Assembly: GCF_030028105.1 (NCBI RefSeq)
Contig: NC_092380.1
Coordinates: 70,057,717-70,121,716, forward strand
Length of the DNA stretch: 64,000 nt
From: Mobula birostris
Taxonomy: Eukaryota
Reading direction: 5' to 3'
Part shown: in pieces, positions 50,238 through 63,180 of the stretch
How the letters are laid out: the number at the start of each line of letters is the position of its first letter
Numbering within the stretch: position 1 is the first letter of the stretch
Program-made: the position numbers and the translations under genes
The notes under the pieces: model-generated
Database searches by the model: none
Seen by the model: the letters and a program-made list of their open reading frames with translations, nothing else
What the model was told of the DNA's origin: nothing

Positions 50238-51029
50238 TATATACCCTTCTTGTTTTTTTTTTACTGTTTTTAATGGAGGTCGGGATTGAGGATGTGATTT
50301 TAACTTTTTTAACTCTGTCTGGTTTCAAGTTAGCCCATTGCTTTGCTTTGCTTTTAGTTAGTTGCACGGTGGGTTTTTTTGGGGGGTTTTTTTTTCCTTT
50401 TCTCTATTGATATATATATAAAAATTAGTACACTATTATGTTACCTTGGTACGTTATGTTTAAATTACATTGTTTGTACCATTTTTTTGTATTAATATCT
50501 CCTGTAATTTTATTATATTCTAACAGTGTATTAGTGCCTATATGGCTTACCTTTTTGTATACTTATTCAATAAAAAGATTTACAAAGAAAGAAAGAAAGA
50601 AGTATCATAAAGAAGGAAGGCAAATACATTCAGAGAGCAAATTCCAGAACTGTGTAATCAACAGCCAATGGAGGTAACAAGCTTAAAAGTGACACATAAA
50701 CCTAACTATACAGCATAAAACATAATAGATTTTAGTCAACCTTGTTTCTAAAAGGTAAAATAATGAAAACGGGCCAGGAATGTATCCTTTTTATTTCACA
50801 TGTATTTGTTGTATAGACTTTGTAGCTTTAAATTGAAAAATTCCTAAGTAAACACAAAGTGGCTAATGCACAATACCAAATGTAGTGTTTCATAACATGG
50901 AGAAGTCTAAATTTTACTTTCTAGTAAAAATTATTTTCAGATCAAATTTAATTTAAACTTTAAGATTCTTAATCAAATATACCTATCTTATCAGGTTTCC
51001 ATGCCTAAGTGCTGCAAATAGTGAAGGAG

Positions 51030-51520
51030 TAACTGGGGATGATTTACGAGGATTATTCCTGGAATGCAGGAGCTAACATATGAGGAGCGTTTGTCGGCTC
51101 TTCGACTGTATTCATCAGAGTGTAGAAGAATGAGAGGGGATCTCATAGAAACATTTCGAATGTTGAAAGGGTTGGACAGAGTAGATGTGGAAAGGCTGTT
51201 TCCCTTGGTGGGTGAGTCCAGGACAAGAGGCCACAGTCTTAGAATTACAGGGTACCCATTTAAAACAGATGAGGAGAAATTTTTTTTAGCCAGAGGGTCG
51301 TGGACTTATGGAATTTGTTGCCACATAAAGCTGTGGAGGCCCGATTATTGAAGGTGTTTTAGGAGGAGATTGATAGGTATCTAATTAGTCAGGGTAACAA
51401 GGGATATGGGGAAAAAGCAGAAAATTGCAACTAGTTGGAAGAATAGTTTAGCTCATGGTGGAGTGGCAGAGCAGACTCGATGGGCCGAATGGCCTACTTC
51501 CACTCCTTTGTCTTGTGATC
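51030..51520 (+). mobile_element. CR1 3' fragment
   Basis: RMRGDLIETFRMLKGLDRVDVERLFPLVGESRTRGHSL. Confidence 0.85.
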
Positions 51521-51725
51521 TTGTGAACTGCAATGAGGCCTAGAAGGCGAATTGACGACTCATCACAAAGAAATATATTTTAAACAAATGCTTTCCCAGG
51601 GATCAGCTAAGAATTACCTGTTCAGTAAGATGCACTTAAGGCAATGTAGTGCATTCGAATAAATGTGTGAGACACAGAAAAGGAGTTAATTATTCATGTT
51701 TCTGATGTACTGAAGCATATCTTAC

Positions 51726-51842
51726 CTTTTCTGAAATATCGCAGGTACATCACAAATCCAACGATCATGATCAGTGAACATATCAGTACACTAGCAAATA
51801 CACTGCCAGCTATTATTCCCACTGGCACAACAACTTCTGGCT
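51726..51842 (-). CDS. Exon 4: transmembrane helix EPEVVVPVGIIAGSVFASVLICSLIMIVGFVMYLRYFRK
   Basis: ttttttcacag|AG...AAA G|gtaag, 117 nt, symmetric phase 1-1. About 25 hydrophobic residues followed by RYFRK. Not reported in the ORF track in this frame. Confidence 0.9.
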
Positions 51843-52599
51843 CTGTGAAAAAACAAGCTTTAATAATGAATATTTATATATTTTTAATTTATTCAAAAAC
51901 AATGGTTAATCTTAAAGTTGGAAGATTATTTTGGGTTGGAGATTCTTCAGAATTGCGTTAACATTAATTTATCTTCCTTTGCCATTGATAATTTAAGCAT
52001 TTCTTGACTTTACATAAGCTTTAGAATATTATATTTTTTTAAATCACACTACAAAATAACTTTCATAAATGCACAAAACTAGCAAAACCCATCTGGTTCA
52101 TAAATTCTCTTCACAAGAAGAAATTACTTGGTCTGGCTTATATGAGCTTCCAAACCCTCCAAAGTGATTGACTCTTTTTATGTGCCCTCTAAACAAGTAC
52201 CACAATATGAAAACATTGTAAGCATGAAACAAGTGGACCACCCAGCATCAATATAGGCATCAAAATCAGATGCAGCAAACTAGCTCCCATCTTGCCAACT
52301 TTGCAAAGTCCTCCACACAAAAATATGCTCAGTGGGAGATTTCTCTACAGACTAGCTAATAAACAGCCTTACATAATCATGTGCATGTAATTATACGATG
52401 CCTGATTATTTGACCACAATCCATTGGTACATCCTGTCCACTATCCTTTAAAGAATCCTTCAATATGAGTCTATTAATTAGCAATGTCTCACTACACAAG
52501 GCTAGAACCAAAACAACTAATATCCCAGTTAGTTCAAAAATGACTTGATTCAGACAGCTCTCTCAAATGCATTTGATGAATTTGGTCTGTAGCTACGTT

Positions 52600-52870
52600 T
52601 CAGCGTCATAGAAAAAGTACAGGACAGAAATAGGCCCTAATTCTCATCTCGTCCATGCTGGATCATTTAAGATGCCTACTCTCATTGACCTACACCAGGA
52701 CCATAGCCCTCCATACCCGTACAATCCATGTAACTATCCAAACTTCTCTTAAACAGTGATATCAAGCTTGCATGCACTACTTGTGCATGGTGGCATTTCA
52801 TTCCACACTGTCACGCCAAGTGAAGAAGTTTCCTCTCATGTTCCCCTTGAATTTTTCACCCTTAACCCTT
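52600..52870 (-). mobile_element. CR1 3' fragment
   Basis: Same 3' sequence as 10790-11100 and 17500-17800. Confidence 0.75.
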
Positions 52871-53362
52871 GACCTCCCAGCCACCCAAATTTCATATCTT
52901 ATGTTTGTCTGGTCTCTACTAAAAAAATAACATCCCCCAAAATTAGTACCTTACAAGTTTTTTTTGTTATAAGCTTCCAGTTTGAAGGTTTTTATTATTG
53001 TTTTGTGCTCCAAACATGTATACCAAAACAATGTCTTTCAATTTCTAGTTAAAACCTTGTGATTACAAAAGCTGCTAATGGAAGCATGAAACTGCATTTG
53101 TATGTTTTGTAAATATCCTTGGGATAAAGAAATGTGCCATGCTTATCTATTCATAATTCCAGATCTAGCAATCTGGTAGAATCTTAACTATCTTCTCAGT
53201 CCAGGGACAAATTGGGATGGGTAAAACTTGTCAACATTATCGTTAATGTCCACATCCCATGAACAAAGTAATAAAGTCTCATAACAACATGTTAGCCTTC
53301 ACTTTATGCCTATATTTTCCATTACAAACTTAATGTGCACATAAAGTAAGCTCAACACTTAC

Positions 53363-53683
53363 CTTTTACACTCAGAGTGGTTTCCAACTTTTCACCATTA
53401 CGAAGTGATCTGTGTCTCACAAAGCATATGTAAACATTAGAATTATCTTGGAGCGATGGCCGTAACCTCATACGACTAGAAACACTGTAGGTTCCATCAT
53501 TATTTTTAATTGGGGATCCTGTGCAGAAATGCTTCAAAATCTTTTCTTCTCCATCTTTAGATTTCTTTAACCAGCTCATCTCAATTGCCTTGGGATAAAA
53601 ACTGGTACTGCTACAGCTTACTGATTTTTCAGTACCATTCTCAATTGTGATGGCAGTTGAAGATAATATCACATTTGGTTTGG
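53363..53683 (-). CDS. Exon 3: extracellular IgC1 domain
   Basis: tttacag|CC...AAA G|gtaagt, 321 nt. SVSCSSTSFYP..EMSW..NNDGTYSVSS..YICFVRH is a C1-set signature with both Cys. One N-glycosylation sequon (NGT). Confidence 0.93.
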
Positions 53684-54419
53684 CTGTAAAGATATAATAT
53701 AGTCATAATTTAATATTAAATACCTTTTGCATCTATTGAATCAAACAATTACTGCACATGTTAAAATTTTCACAGTTGAAGATAGCTCTTCCTGATAATT
53801 AAAGTGTAAAGATGTAGGTTAATCACGTCTCTACTCCCAGAACACAAACTTGTGATTTTGCCATTCTGTAGTTTAATGCACAAAATACCAACCATGTAAA
53901 TGGTAATATGAAGTTGAGCATGAATATTAAACATCATCTTATCACTGGGCTGGCTATCATCTTAAAGCTGAGTACACCTGAGACACTCTCCAGCACCAGA
54001 TTTCAATATCTATTGACAGGTTTGTTCCTTCCACACTCATGAATAGAGGTATTCATATAATTATGATAGAGCAAGACAAAATTTATTTAATTTGCAGTAG
54101 AGAGAGCATTTTATATTTTAGGAAAGCATCTTGCAACAGCATTTCCAAAATCTCATTTTGGAGATAATCTGCAACTATATTAAGAAGTTTACAAGTAAAA
54201 TAAATGGCAAAACACTGTTTGAAAATGTACCTTGTTGACAGAATTCTAACTTTCAGCACAAAAAAAAGTCAGAGGACATCACCTTGTGCAGATGCTCTGT
54301 ACATCACTATATTATAGTATAAATTTCACCACCAGTGTTATTTATTAATAATGTTCCAAAATTGCAACTATGGCAACACATTGGTGTAACACTGCTGATT
54401 TAGTTGAAGGATTAGAAAG

Positions 54420-54695
54420 ATTAGCTTTATTTGTCACTTGTACATACATTGAAACATAGAGTGAAATGCATCACTTGCATCAAATCAAATCAGCGAGGAT
54501 TGTGCTGGGCAGCCTTCAAGCGTCGGCACATTTCTGTTGCCAACGTAGCTTATAACTCACTAATCCTAATCTTTGAAATGTGGGAGGAAACTAGGGGGAA
54601 CATACAAACAGTGGTGGGATTGAACCCTGATCTTACAGCTGGCACACTGCAAAGTGTTGCTCTAACCGCTATGCCATCATGCCGTCCCAGCTATG
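54420..54695 (-). mobile_element. tRNA-derived (HE1-like) SINE
   Basis: Box A TGGCATAGCGG and box B GGTTCAATCC on the minus strand near 54620-54680. Confidence 0.6.
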
Positions 54696-54877
54696 TGACC
54701 ATGCATAAAGCCCTCAAAACTTTAAAACTGACTGTTATTTTAAATTTATAGGGGTATCATTAAACTGCTTGCAACTACACGCATAAATATCAGTGAATAC
54801 CTTCCTTGATCAAATATGCTGCCACAGTAATTCGACAGTTTGCATAAGGGGAAGAATTCATGCTTTATTATTTTTAC

Positions 54878-55234
54878 CTGAAACAGTCATGGAAGATTTT
54901 CCTTCTCCATTCTCTGAGTTAATAGAAACAATGCAGGTGTAATCTCCTTCTTCATTAAATTGCACAAGTGGAAGAAAAAGAGAAGCAATTCCCTTCTTCA
55001 ATTCGTTGTCAAATATTTCAGCTCCTTTTCTGTATGGCGTATGCTTGCCTCCAGTGAACTGATATACTTCTTGTCTGTCAGAAGAGTCAGGTTTTTGAAA
55101 GAACCACTGAACTGCAACGCTTCTAAGGTCAATTTCAGTGGCCTTGTAACCAAACACACGGCATTCAAGAAGAACATCTTTATTCACAGTGGCTTCCACA
55201 ATTTTTGTATCCATAGACACTGTTAAGTCACCTT
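54878..55234 (-). CDS. Exon 2: IgV domain, B7-H6/NCR3LG1-like
   Basis: ttgcag|AA...TCA G|gtaaaa, 357 nt. Contains LLEC..VQWF..VYQFTGGKHTPYRKGAEI..LKKGIASLFLPLVQFNEEGDYTC, the B7-family V-set pattern with both canonical Cys and the Trp. Confidence 0.93.
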
Positions 55235-55819
55235 CTGCAATAATTAAGGTCAAAATTATCATTAGTAAGCCAATAATTTTCTAATTTATCTTCCAACTGC
55301 AGGGAAGTAATTTTAGATTGAGGCTGTTTTTGCCTATCAACATGAAGTTATGCTACATTTTTATTATGAAAGTGCTTAACAACTGACACACTTGACAATA
55401 GGCACTCTCATGGGATGACAGGAAATACAACTGGCCTCTACTACCGGCATCTACTGTTAACTAATTATGGTTTTAAAATCCTGAGGAATTTACTAGAACT
55501 TTATTTTAAACAATGCGTTCCTTCCAAAAAACTGAAGAACTATTCCCCCTCTCCTCTCCCTCGACCCTCCCCTCTTTCCTCCCCCTCCATCGGCCCTCCC
55601 CTCTCCTTTGACCCTCTCCCCTTCCATCCCCTCCCCTTCCCTCCCACACTCCCACCCCTTTCTCTCCCCCTCCTCCCTCCCCCCTCAAAAATCGACTTAT
55701 AGATGTGTTTAAAAACGGAATTGATTGGTTACCCAGGGGTGTGCTATACTGAGATGTGACATGGGAGGTGAATATCAGCAGAAACAATGACAAAATACAA
55801 ATGGATGAGATAAGTATCA

Positions 55820-56580
55820 AAGGATCATGGAATCAGAGATATAATACAGAAACGAGCCCTTACAGCCATCCCCATCTATGCCAACTATGATGCCCATACA
55901 CATTAATTTTATTTGCCTGCATTAGTCATATGTCCTTCTATGCCTTTCCTATCCAAGAACCTGTGCAAACAACTTTTAAACACTGGAATTATCTCCACTA
56001 TCTCCTCAGGCAGTCCATTTTAAATAAATACCAGTCTCCATGTGGAAAATCCTCTCTCAAATCTCCCCATCAACTTAAACTGACAGTACTTCTAGAGTCC
56101 CTGTGCCCTTTTCTACAAGGTCACCTCTTTTTCCTACATTCTAGTGAGAATAAACCAATTTCTTTTTACAGCCTACCATTCCATAGAACACCTGGTGAAT
56201 TACTTCTGTACCTGCTCGATTGTTGCTCCATCCTTCCTGTGAAGTAACCAGAACTGTGTACAATACTCTACTCGAGTAAACTAGCCAATGCTTTGTACAA
56301 CTGCAGTTTAATGTCCCAATTCTTATACTCAACATCTCAGCCTACAAAAGCAGGCGTACTAAATTCCTTTTTAACTTCACGTGTATTGCCACTTTCAGGG
56401 AGCTAATGGATTTACACATCAATGTTTCTCCAGCTATCAATATTCCTTAACTCCCTTTCATCTACTCTGTGTCCACACAGAAGTTGACCTCTTCAAGTGT
56501 ATGATCCTCATGCTTGTCTGAATTGGAAGTCCATCTGTCACATTCCACCCAACCTTCCAGTTGATCCATATCCCACAATG
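55820..56580 (-). mobile_element. CR1 3' fragment, degraded
   Basis: RT C-terminal and 3'UTR similarity to the other CR1 copies in the window. Confidence 0.65.
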
Positions 56581-56770
56581 CAAGATAATAAATCTGGTCT
56601 CAACAACAAGTCTAACTATACTATAGGGTCAGGCCAGCACTAGAAGAATGAGAACAAGGGACGAAGAAGAAAAAAATTATTTGGCCAGTTAATGTGCTGT
56701 TTAATACTATGTAACTTCAGGTGACTATTTGTATCAGCATGAGATCAAATCTTTGCATATATCCCATGTA

Positions 56771-57740
56771 CAGTCGGCCCCTCCTTATCCGCGAGGGATT
56801 TGTTCTGAGACCCCTTGCGGATACCAAAAAACGCAGATGCTCGAGTCCCCTATTCAACCTGTCTAAATGCGGTGGACCTTAGAACCCAGTGGTACCCCGG
56901 ACCTTATTGAGCCTGTCTAAATGCAGTGGACCTTAGGACCCAGTGGAACCCCAGACCTTATTTAACCTGTCTCAGAACAGTGGACATTAGGGCCCGGCGG
57001 CGGAGCTCTGAATCCACAGTGTTTCTGTTCACGAAAATAAGCACGATCACGATTGAAAATAAAGTGGAAATAATGAAGCGATCAGAAAGAGGTGAAACGC
57101 CATCGGTCATAGTAAAAGCGTTAGGCTACAATCGGTCAACGATTGGAACAATTTTAAAGGATAAAATGAGAAAGGCCCTGCCCAATTAAAGCTAAAATTA
57201 TTACTAAGCAACATTGGGTTTTGGGGTTTGGGGTTTGGGGTTTTGGGTTTTTGATCCTCCACATCAACCCGGCAGGGATGGAGAGCACTCGGGAGCGGTC
57301 TGTCACTGGATCGAACTCAGGAATTTCCATTCCCGAGCCTGGCACTGAAACATACGTTTCTTAAGTGTTTTATATGCATAGAAAGGTAAAATATACACTA
57401 TATACTAAGACAAACGTTTGACTAACTGACGCTAAATAATACCGGATGTACCTGTTCCAACTTACTTAGTAAGAGAACTTCCGTTTTTTTTCGATCCCGA
57501 TCNNNNNNNNNNNNNNNNNNNNNNNNNNNNNNNNNNNNNNNNNNNNNNNNNNNNNNNNNNNNNNNNNNNNNNNNNNNNNNNNNNNNNNNNNNNNNNNNNN
57601 NNNNNNNNNNNNNNNNNNNNNNNNNNNNNNNNNNNNNNNNNNNNNNNNNNNNNNNNNNNNNNNGGAAGAGCACTTCCAGGTTTTCTCGATTTGTGGTTGG
57701 TTGAATTCGTGCATGAGGAACTCGAGGATAAGGAGGACTG
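56771..57740 (+). mobile_element. Tigger/pogo non-autonomous element spanning the gap
   Basis: TA|cagtcggccctccttatccgcg ... cgaggataaggaggactg|TA termini. CENP-B-type HTH remnant ITIENKVEIMKRSERGE..STIGTILKDK. Internal ~55-bp tandem duplication at ~56850-56990. Confidence 0.8.
57503..57662. other. Assembly gap (160 N)
   Basis: Run of n in the sequence. Confidence 1.
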
Positions 57741-58244
57741 TACCTGATACAACACAATATTTCAAATTTATTTGGCTGAAATGTTAAACTACACTTCACT
57801 CATTGTTTCACTTTTGGGTAAACAAGTTTGCAGAACTGAATATGTCCATTTGTCAGCAATTTCACTTCACGGCCTCATATTGGCATCAGATTGAAGTGAA
57901 CACATCAAATTTCACAAAAAAATGTCATATAATTTAATGCTTAGTGGTATAATATTTTACCTCACAAATTCAAATTTTCTCCTTTTTCCTAAATATTAGT
58001 TCTTACAGTTGTGTTGATTCAATAGCCAAGAAAAAAATCATCAATAGCACGATAGCAATTAAATTTTACAGCATTTTGGTTATGTAAGCTTGGACATGTA
58101 AAGTAGATTAGAGTCCACAATTGTTCTTCCAAATCTGAAACCTGCAATTGCTTTCAAACACTTTTCCTATTACTACATGGATATTTGTTTGTATCCATGT
58201 GATCCACAGAAACGACACGTTGACACAAAATCAAAGCTTCATAA

Positions 58245-58765
58245 CAGAGACACGAGGAAATCTGCAGATGCTGGAATTTCAAGCAACACACATCAAAGTT
58301 GCTGGAGAACGCAGCAGGCCAGGCAGCACCTCTAGGAAGAGGTGCAGTCGACGTTTCAGGCCGAGACCCTTTGTCAGGACTAACTGAAGGAAGAGCTAGT
58401 AAGAGATTTGAAAGTGGGAGGGGGAGGGGGAGATCCAAAATGATAGGAGAAGACAGGAGGGGGAGGGATGGAGCCAAGAGCTGGACAGGTGATTGGCAAA
58501 AGGGATAGGAGAGGATCATGGGACAGGAGGTCCGGGGAGAGAGACAAGCGGGAGGGGAGAGCCTGGAGGATGGGCAAGGGGTATAGTGAGAGGGACAGAG
58601 GGAGAAAAAGGAGAGAGAGAAAAAGAATGTGTGTGTATATAAATAAATAAATAATGGATAGGATACGAGGGGGAGGTGGGGCATTAGTGGGAGTTTGAGA
58701 AGTCAATGTTCATGCCATCAGGTTGTAGGCTACCCAGACAGAATATAAGGTGTTGTTCCTCCAGC
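58245..58765 (-). mobile_element. Penelope-derived element with hammerhead core
   Basis: Minus strand ctgacaaagggtctcggcctgaaacgtcgac near 58345-58378 and a GA-rich body. Same family as the 36426 insertion. Confidence 0.7.
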
Positions 58766-60864
58766 AGAGCACCAACATTTAATGTATAGCCTTGTGAATC
58801 AGCTTCAGGTACATCGACTTCAACACAGAAACATCTACCTCATAACAATTCCCCCAGCAACTCATTAATAGGTCCAACTCCAGCCATCACTCTCAACCTC
58901 ACTCCACCACCCAAGATGCCAACTGCAACACCCCATAATCGTCCAAACATAGCTGTTCCAATGTATTCCCAATTATCTCGAGCCACTCTTGGAATCATAG
59001 AGCAAGGAAACAGGTTTTAGGTCCACTCAGACTGTGATTAACTATTCAGCACGCATTGACTCCAATCACATTTGAATCTCTCCACATTCACATCACCCCC
59101 ACACCCCCCGCCCCAGATTCTGCAATTCACCTGCACACTAGGGGAAACTTATACTAGCCATTTAATCAATTTACCCATTGTTGGGATGTGGGAGAAAACC
59201 AGAGTACTCAGAGGAAATTCAGAATATGACAGGAGAATGTGCAAACTCCACAAAGATAGCACTGGGTATCAGGATTGAATCAGGTGTCTCTGAAGAGCAT
59301 TCTATTGGCCATAACACTGGTGTCTATGTCCCCATGGCAATTTGAATCACCCTGAACTCCAAGTGCCTGAACCTTCTTGGCCAGCCTCCCATGCAGGAAC
59401 TTGTCAAAGGTCTTGCAAAAGTCCATGCAGACAATGTTCACTCTTTTCCTTCATCCAGCGTTCCTGGTAATCTCCTCAGAAATCTTTTTAGGATTAGTTA
59501 AACATGGCTAACAATACACAAGATCATTTTGACTATCCCTAATCAGTTCCTTCTTGACCAGGGCCTCAATATCCCTCAAAAGGCAAGGTTTCTTAAATCT
59601 GTTAGCGATGCATTTTATTCTAACAGAAACATACAATCACTGTACTCTCACAATATTTATATATCCTGTCCTTTATAATACCTTCCAATAATTTACCCAC
59701 TGCTACCCTCAGGCTCACTGGCCTATAATTTCCCAGCTTATTCTTATAGCCGTTCTTGGCAATGGTAAGCATTTAAGGAAAGCAAAGAAAGGAAACAAGG
59801 ACATATTCCCACACATAATGGTTAGATATCACAAGAACAAAAGAGAATAGAAACAAGAGCAGGCCCTTCAATTTTACCCTGGCATTCAACATGCTCATAA
59901 CTGTTCTATCTCACACCTAATTTCCTTTTAGGTGCCACTACCTCCGAGCCCTCAATCACATGTTCTTTCTAAAATGTTTCCATTTCCTCTTGAAACACCC
60001 CCAGTGACCTAGCTTCCACAACCCTCTCTTCCCCATCCATTGTCAAGTTCAAATTTATTGTCATTCAACCATGCATATGTATATCGCCAAATGACAGAAC
60101 ATTCCTCCAGACCAAGGTACACAACACAGTACATATAACACCAAGTAATATTACCACGAGTAAATTAACAATTAATAACGTGCATACCAATCAAAAATAA
60201 CCTACTTTTTCTCTTTCCCAGTTGTGACAAATGATCTTTGACCCAAACATTAATGCTTCCTCTTTACGCAGCTATTGAGAATAATTTTACCATTTTCTCT
60301 TTTTATTCTATTACACCATAGATTCTTAAAAGGCTTGACTCATGCTTGCATGTAGTAAAAGACATGTTTGGCAATGCAGCCATACTCCTGAATACAAAAC
60401 AGGTAGATCTGAGAAACTGCAGAGAGAGGGATACAGCGAGAAAAAGAGACTGCTAATATTTGGTATACATTCATTCAATGTTAAATAATAAAGCAGAAAA
60501 AAATGACATTGCCTTTGGGAGGTATAGTACCAATCACCCAAATGTTTTGCTTCCAGCTCACGTTACAGAAGTGATGGTTCTTCTAAACACTACAGGCCAT
60601 TCCTGGGTAACAAACAAGTTCCACTTTTATGCACGTCCTTAAGTCGACTTTGTCCATAAATCAGAAAATACACAAAAATCACTTGATGTGCTTAATCATA
60701 CATCCATAGCATCATAACGAATGGCATCAAAACCACATAAGAATGATAAGAAAGAATAATTATTAAAAGATGAGAGAGAAGAAACTAGTTTTGCCATCCA
60801 TAGGAATATGTACTCAAATACATTAGACTTTTGAATTTAAAATTATGGAAGTCAATCACACGAG

Positions 60865-61685
60865 GGGGTGTTGTGGATAGTCTGGAGGATTGTCAGATGT
60901 TACAGCGGGACATTGATAGGATGCAGAGCTGGGCTAAGAAGTGACTTCAATCCAGATAAGTGTTAAGTGGTTCATTTTGGAAGGTCTAGTTTGAAGACAG
61001 AATATAATAGGGTGCATATCCATAAGACTCTCAAAGCTGCGGCACAGGTTGACAGTGTTGTAAAGAAGGTGTATGGTGAGTTGGCATTCGTCAACCATGG
61101 GATTGAGTTCGAGAGCCATGAGGTAATATTACAGATATACAAGAGCTTGGTCAGACCCCGCTTGTTCAGTTCTGCTCACCTCACTCAAGATGTGGATACT
61201 ACAGAGAGAGTGCACAGGAAACTTACAAGGATGTTGCCTGGATCGGAGGGCGTACCTTATGGGAATAGGTTGAGTGTACTTGGCCTTTTCTCCTTGGAGC
61301 GACGGAGGATGAGAGGTGACCTGATAGAGGTGTACAAGACGATGAGAGGCATTGATCATGTAGATAGCCAGAGGCTTTTTCCCAGGGCTGAAATGGCTAA
61401 CACGAGAGGCATAGTTTTAAGGTGCTTGGAAAAAAGTACCGAGGAGACGTCAGGGGTAAGTTTTTCACACAGAGAGTGATGGGTACATGGAATGCACTGC
61501 CAGTGGCAGTGGTAGAAGCGGATACAATAGGGTCTTTTAAGAGCATCTTAGGTACATCGAGCCTAGAAAATTGCAGGGCTATGCACTAGGGAAATTCTAG
61601 GCAGTATCTAGATTAGGTAACATGGTTGGCACAACATTGTGGGCCGAAGGGCCTGTAATGTGTGGTAAATTTCTATGTTCTATGT
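60865..61685 (+). mobile_element. CR1 3' fragment
   Basis: LFSLERRRMRGDLIEVYK..NTRG motifs and 3'UTR. Confidence 0.8.
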
Positions 61686-62284
61686 GGGTGCCTGTAAATT
61701 AGGCATTCATAACCTGGAAATGCCTGTGTATGTCTTTTGAGCCTGGCACATTCATTAATGTTACTTTTATGAAAGTTAAGAGGTTAAATTGTTTCAAGTT
61801 GGCCTGGGCTTGGATGATTGATGTGTTAGGCTTGGGCTTTGATGTTTGCTTAAAATAATTAAAAAGCATTCGATGAGATAGATAAATCAAGATTGAAAAT
61901 AACTTTAAAATTAATGCCTGGCCATTCAGGTGATGTCAGAAAACACCACAGCACCTCACGTATAGTGAAGAATAGCCATCCACCAAAAAGGCATTGAAGT
62001 TGAATAGTAAAGAATATGTCAGAACTGCTACCAATAGTCCTTGGACCTCCAGAAAATAAATAAGTCTGGAAATGGAAAATATAGCAAATCTCAGTTAATA
62101 GTAACCAGAAACCCGTTGAAAGTCCTTTTTGATTCACTAAGGTCTTTCAGGGAAGGAAGTACACACAAATTTATTGTGTGTGTTTCACACAAGCATAGAG
62201 CAACTCAAATAAGGATCAATTTCACTGTGAAGAAATGACACAGTATCAGCGTTCCCTTGGTGTCACAAGCACGAAAAAATATCC

Positions 62285-63180
62285 AATCACAAACAAGCAA
62301 ATATCTGCAGATGCTGAAAATCCAAGCAACACACACTAAATGCTGGAGGAACTCAGCTGGCCAGGCAGCATTTATGGAAAAGAGTAAACTGTCTACGTTT
62401 CAGACTGAGACCCCTCAGCAGGACTGCAGAAAAATAGGTGAGGGGTCAGAAGGTGAGGGGAGGGGTGAATAAAGAGCTGGGAAGTTGATTGCTGAAAGAG
62501 ATACAGGGCTGGAGAAGGGGGAATCTAATAGGAGAGGACAGAAGGCTATGGAAGAAAGAAAAGGGAGAGAAGTACCAGAGGGAGGTGAAAGGCAGGCAAG
62601 GAATAAGGTGAGAGAGGGAAAAGGGGATAGGGAATGGTGAAGGTGGGGGGGGGGGAGGGCCATAACGGGATGTTCGAGAAATCAATGTTTATGCATTTAG
62701 ACTGGAGGCTACCCAGATGGAATATAAGGTGTAACTACTCCAACCAGAGTTTGGCCTCATAGCGACTGTAGAGGAGACCAGAGATTGATGTTAGAATGGA
62801 AATGGAAAGTGGAATTAAAATGGGTGGCCACTGGGAGATCCCACTTTTCTGTTGGACAGAGCGTAGGTGCTCGGTGAAGCAGTCTCCCAATCTATATCGG
62901 GTCTTACTGACATAGAGGAGGCCACACCAGTAGCACCACACAGTAGATGACCCCAACAGACTCACAGGCGAAGCATCGCCTCATCTGGAACGACCTCTGG
63001 GGCCCTGAAGGGAGGAGGTGTAGGGGCAAGTATAGCACTTGTCCCTCCCCCAAGCTTCTAACTGACTCCTCATCTTTTTTTCCTCCAGTCCTGCTGGAAG
63101 TGTCTAGGCCCAAAACGTCAACTTGTACTCTTTTCCACAGCCTAGCCTGCTGAGTTCCTCCAGCATTTTGTGTGCTTTGC
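62285..63180. mobile_element. Penelope-like element with inverted terminal repeats and GIY-YIG remnant
   Basis: The 62285-62430 and 63090-63180 ends are inverted copies. The minus strand encodes GLLYVSKTRYRLGDCFTEHLRSV (GIY-YIG). Confidence 0.7.

Larger units (their letters stand above)
44759..50596 (+). mobile_element. Full-length L1 LINE (5838 bp) with 13-bp TSD
   Basis: TSD aagaagtatcata at 44746-44758 and 50597-50609. Insertion at tt|aaga. AATAAA followed by a (GAAA)n tail. Contains ORF1, a ~714-bp T-rich spacer and ORF2. Confidence 0.95.

Noticed and set aside
57499-57672. The gap flanks joined read GATC+GGAAGAGCAC, like an Illumina adapter
   Set aside because: The right flank (aagagcacttcc..ttttctcgat) resembles the element's own left-side motif (aagagaacttcc..tttttcgat), and the adapter match stops after 14 nt. 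Most likely coincidence.
60300-60450. Strong acceptor-like tract (ctctctctgcag) in intron 1, a possible extra exon
   Set aside because: The phase-1 frame reaches TGA after about 25 codons and I found no convincing donor. It is not needed for the gene model.
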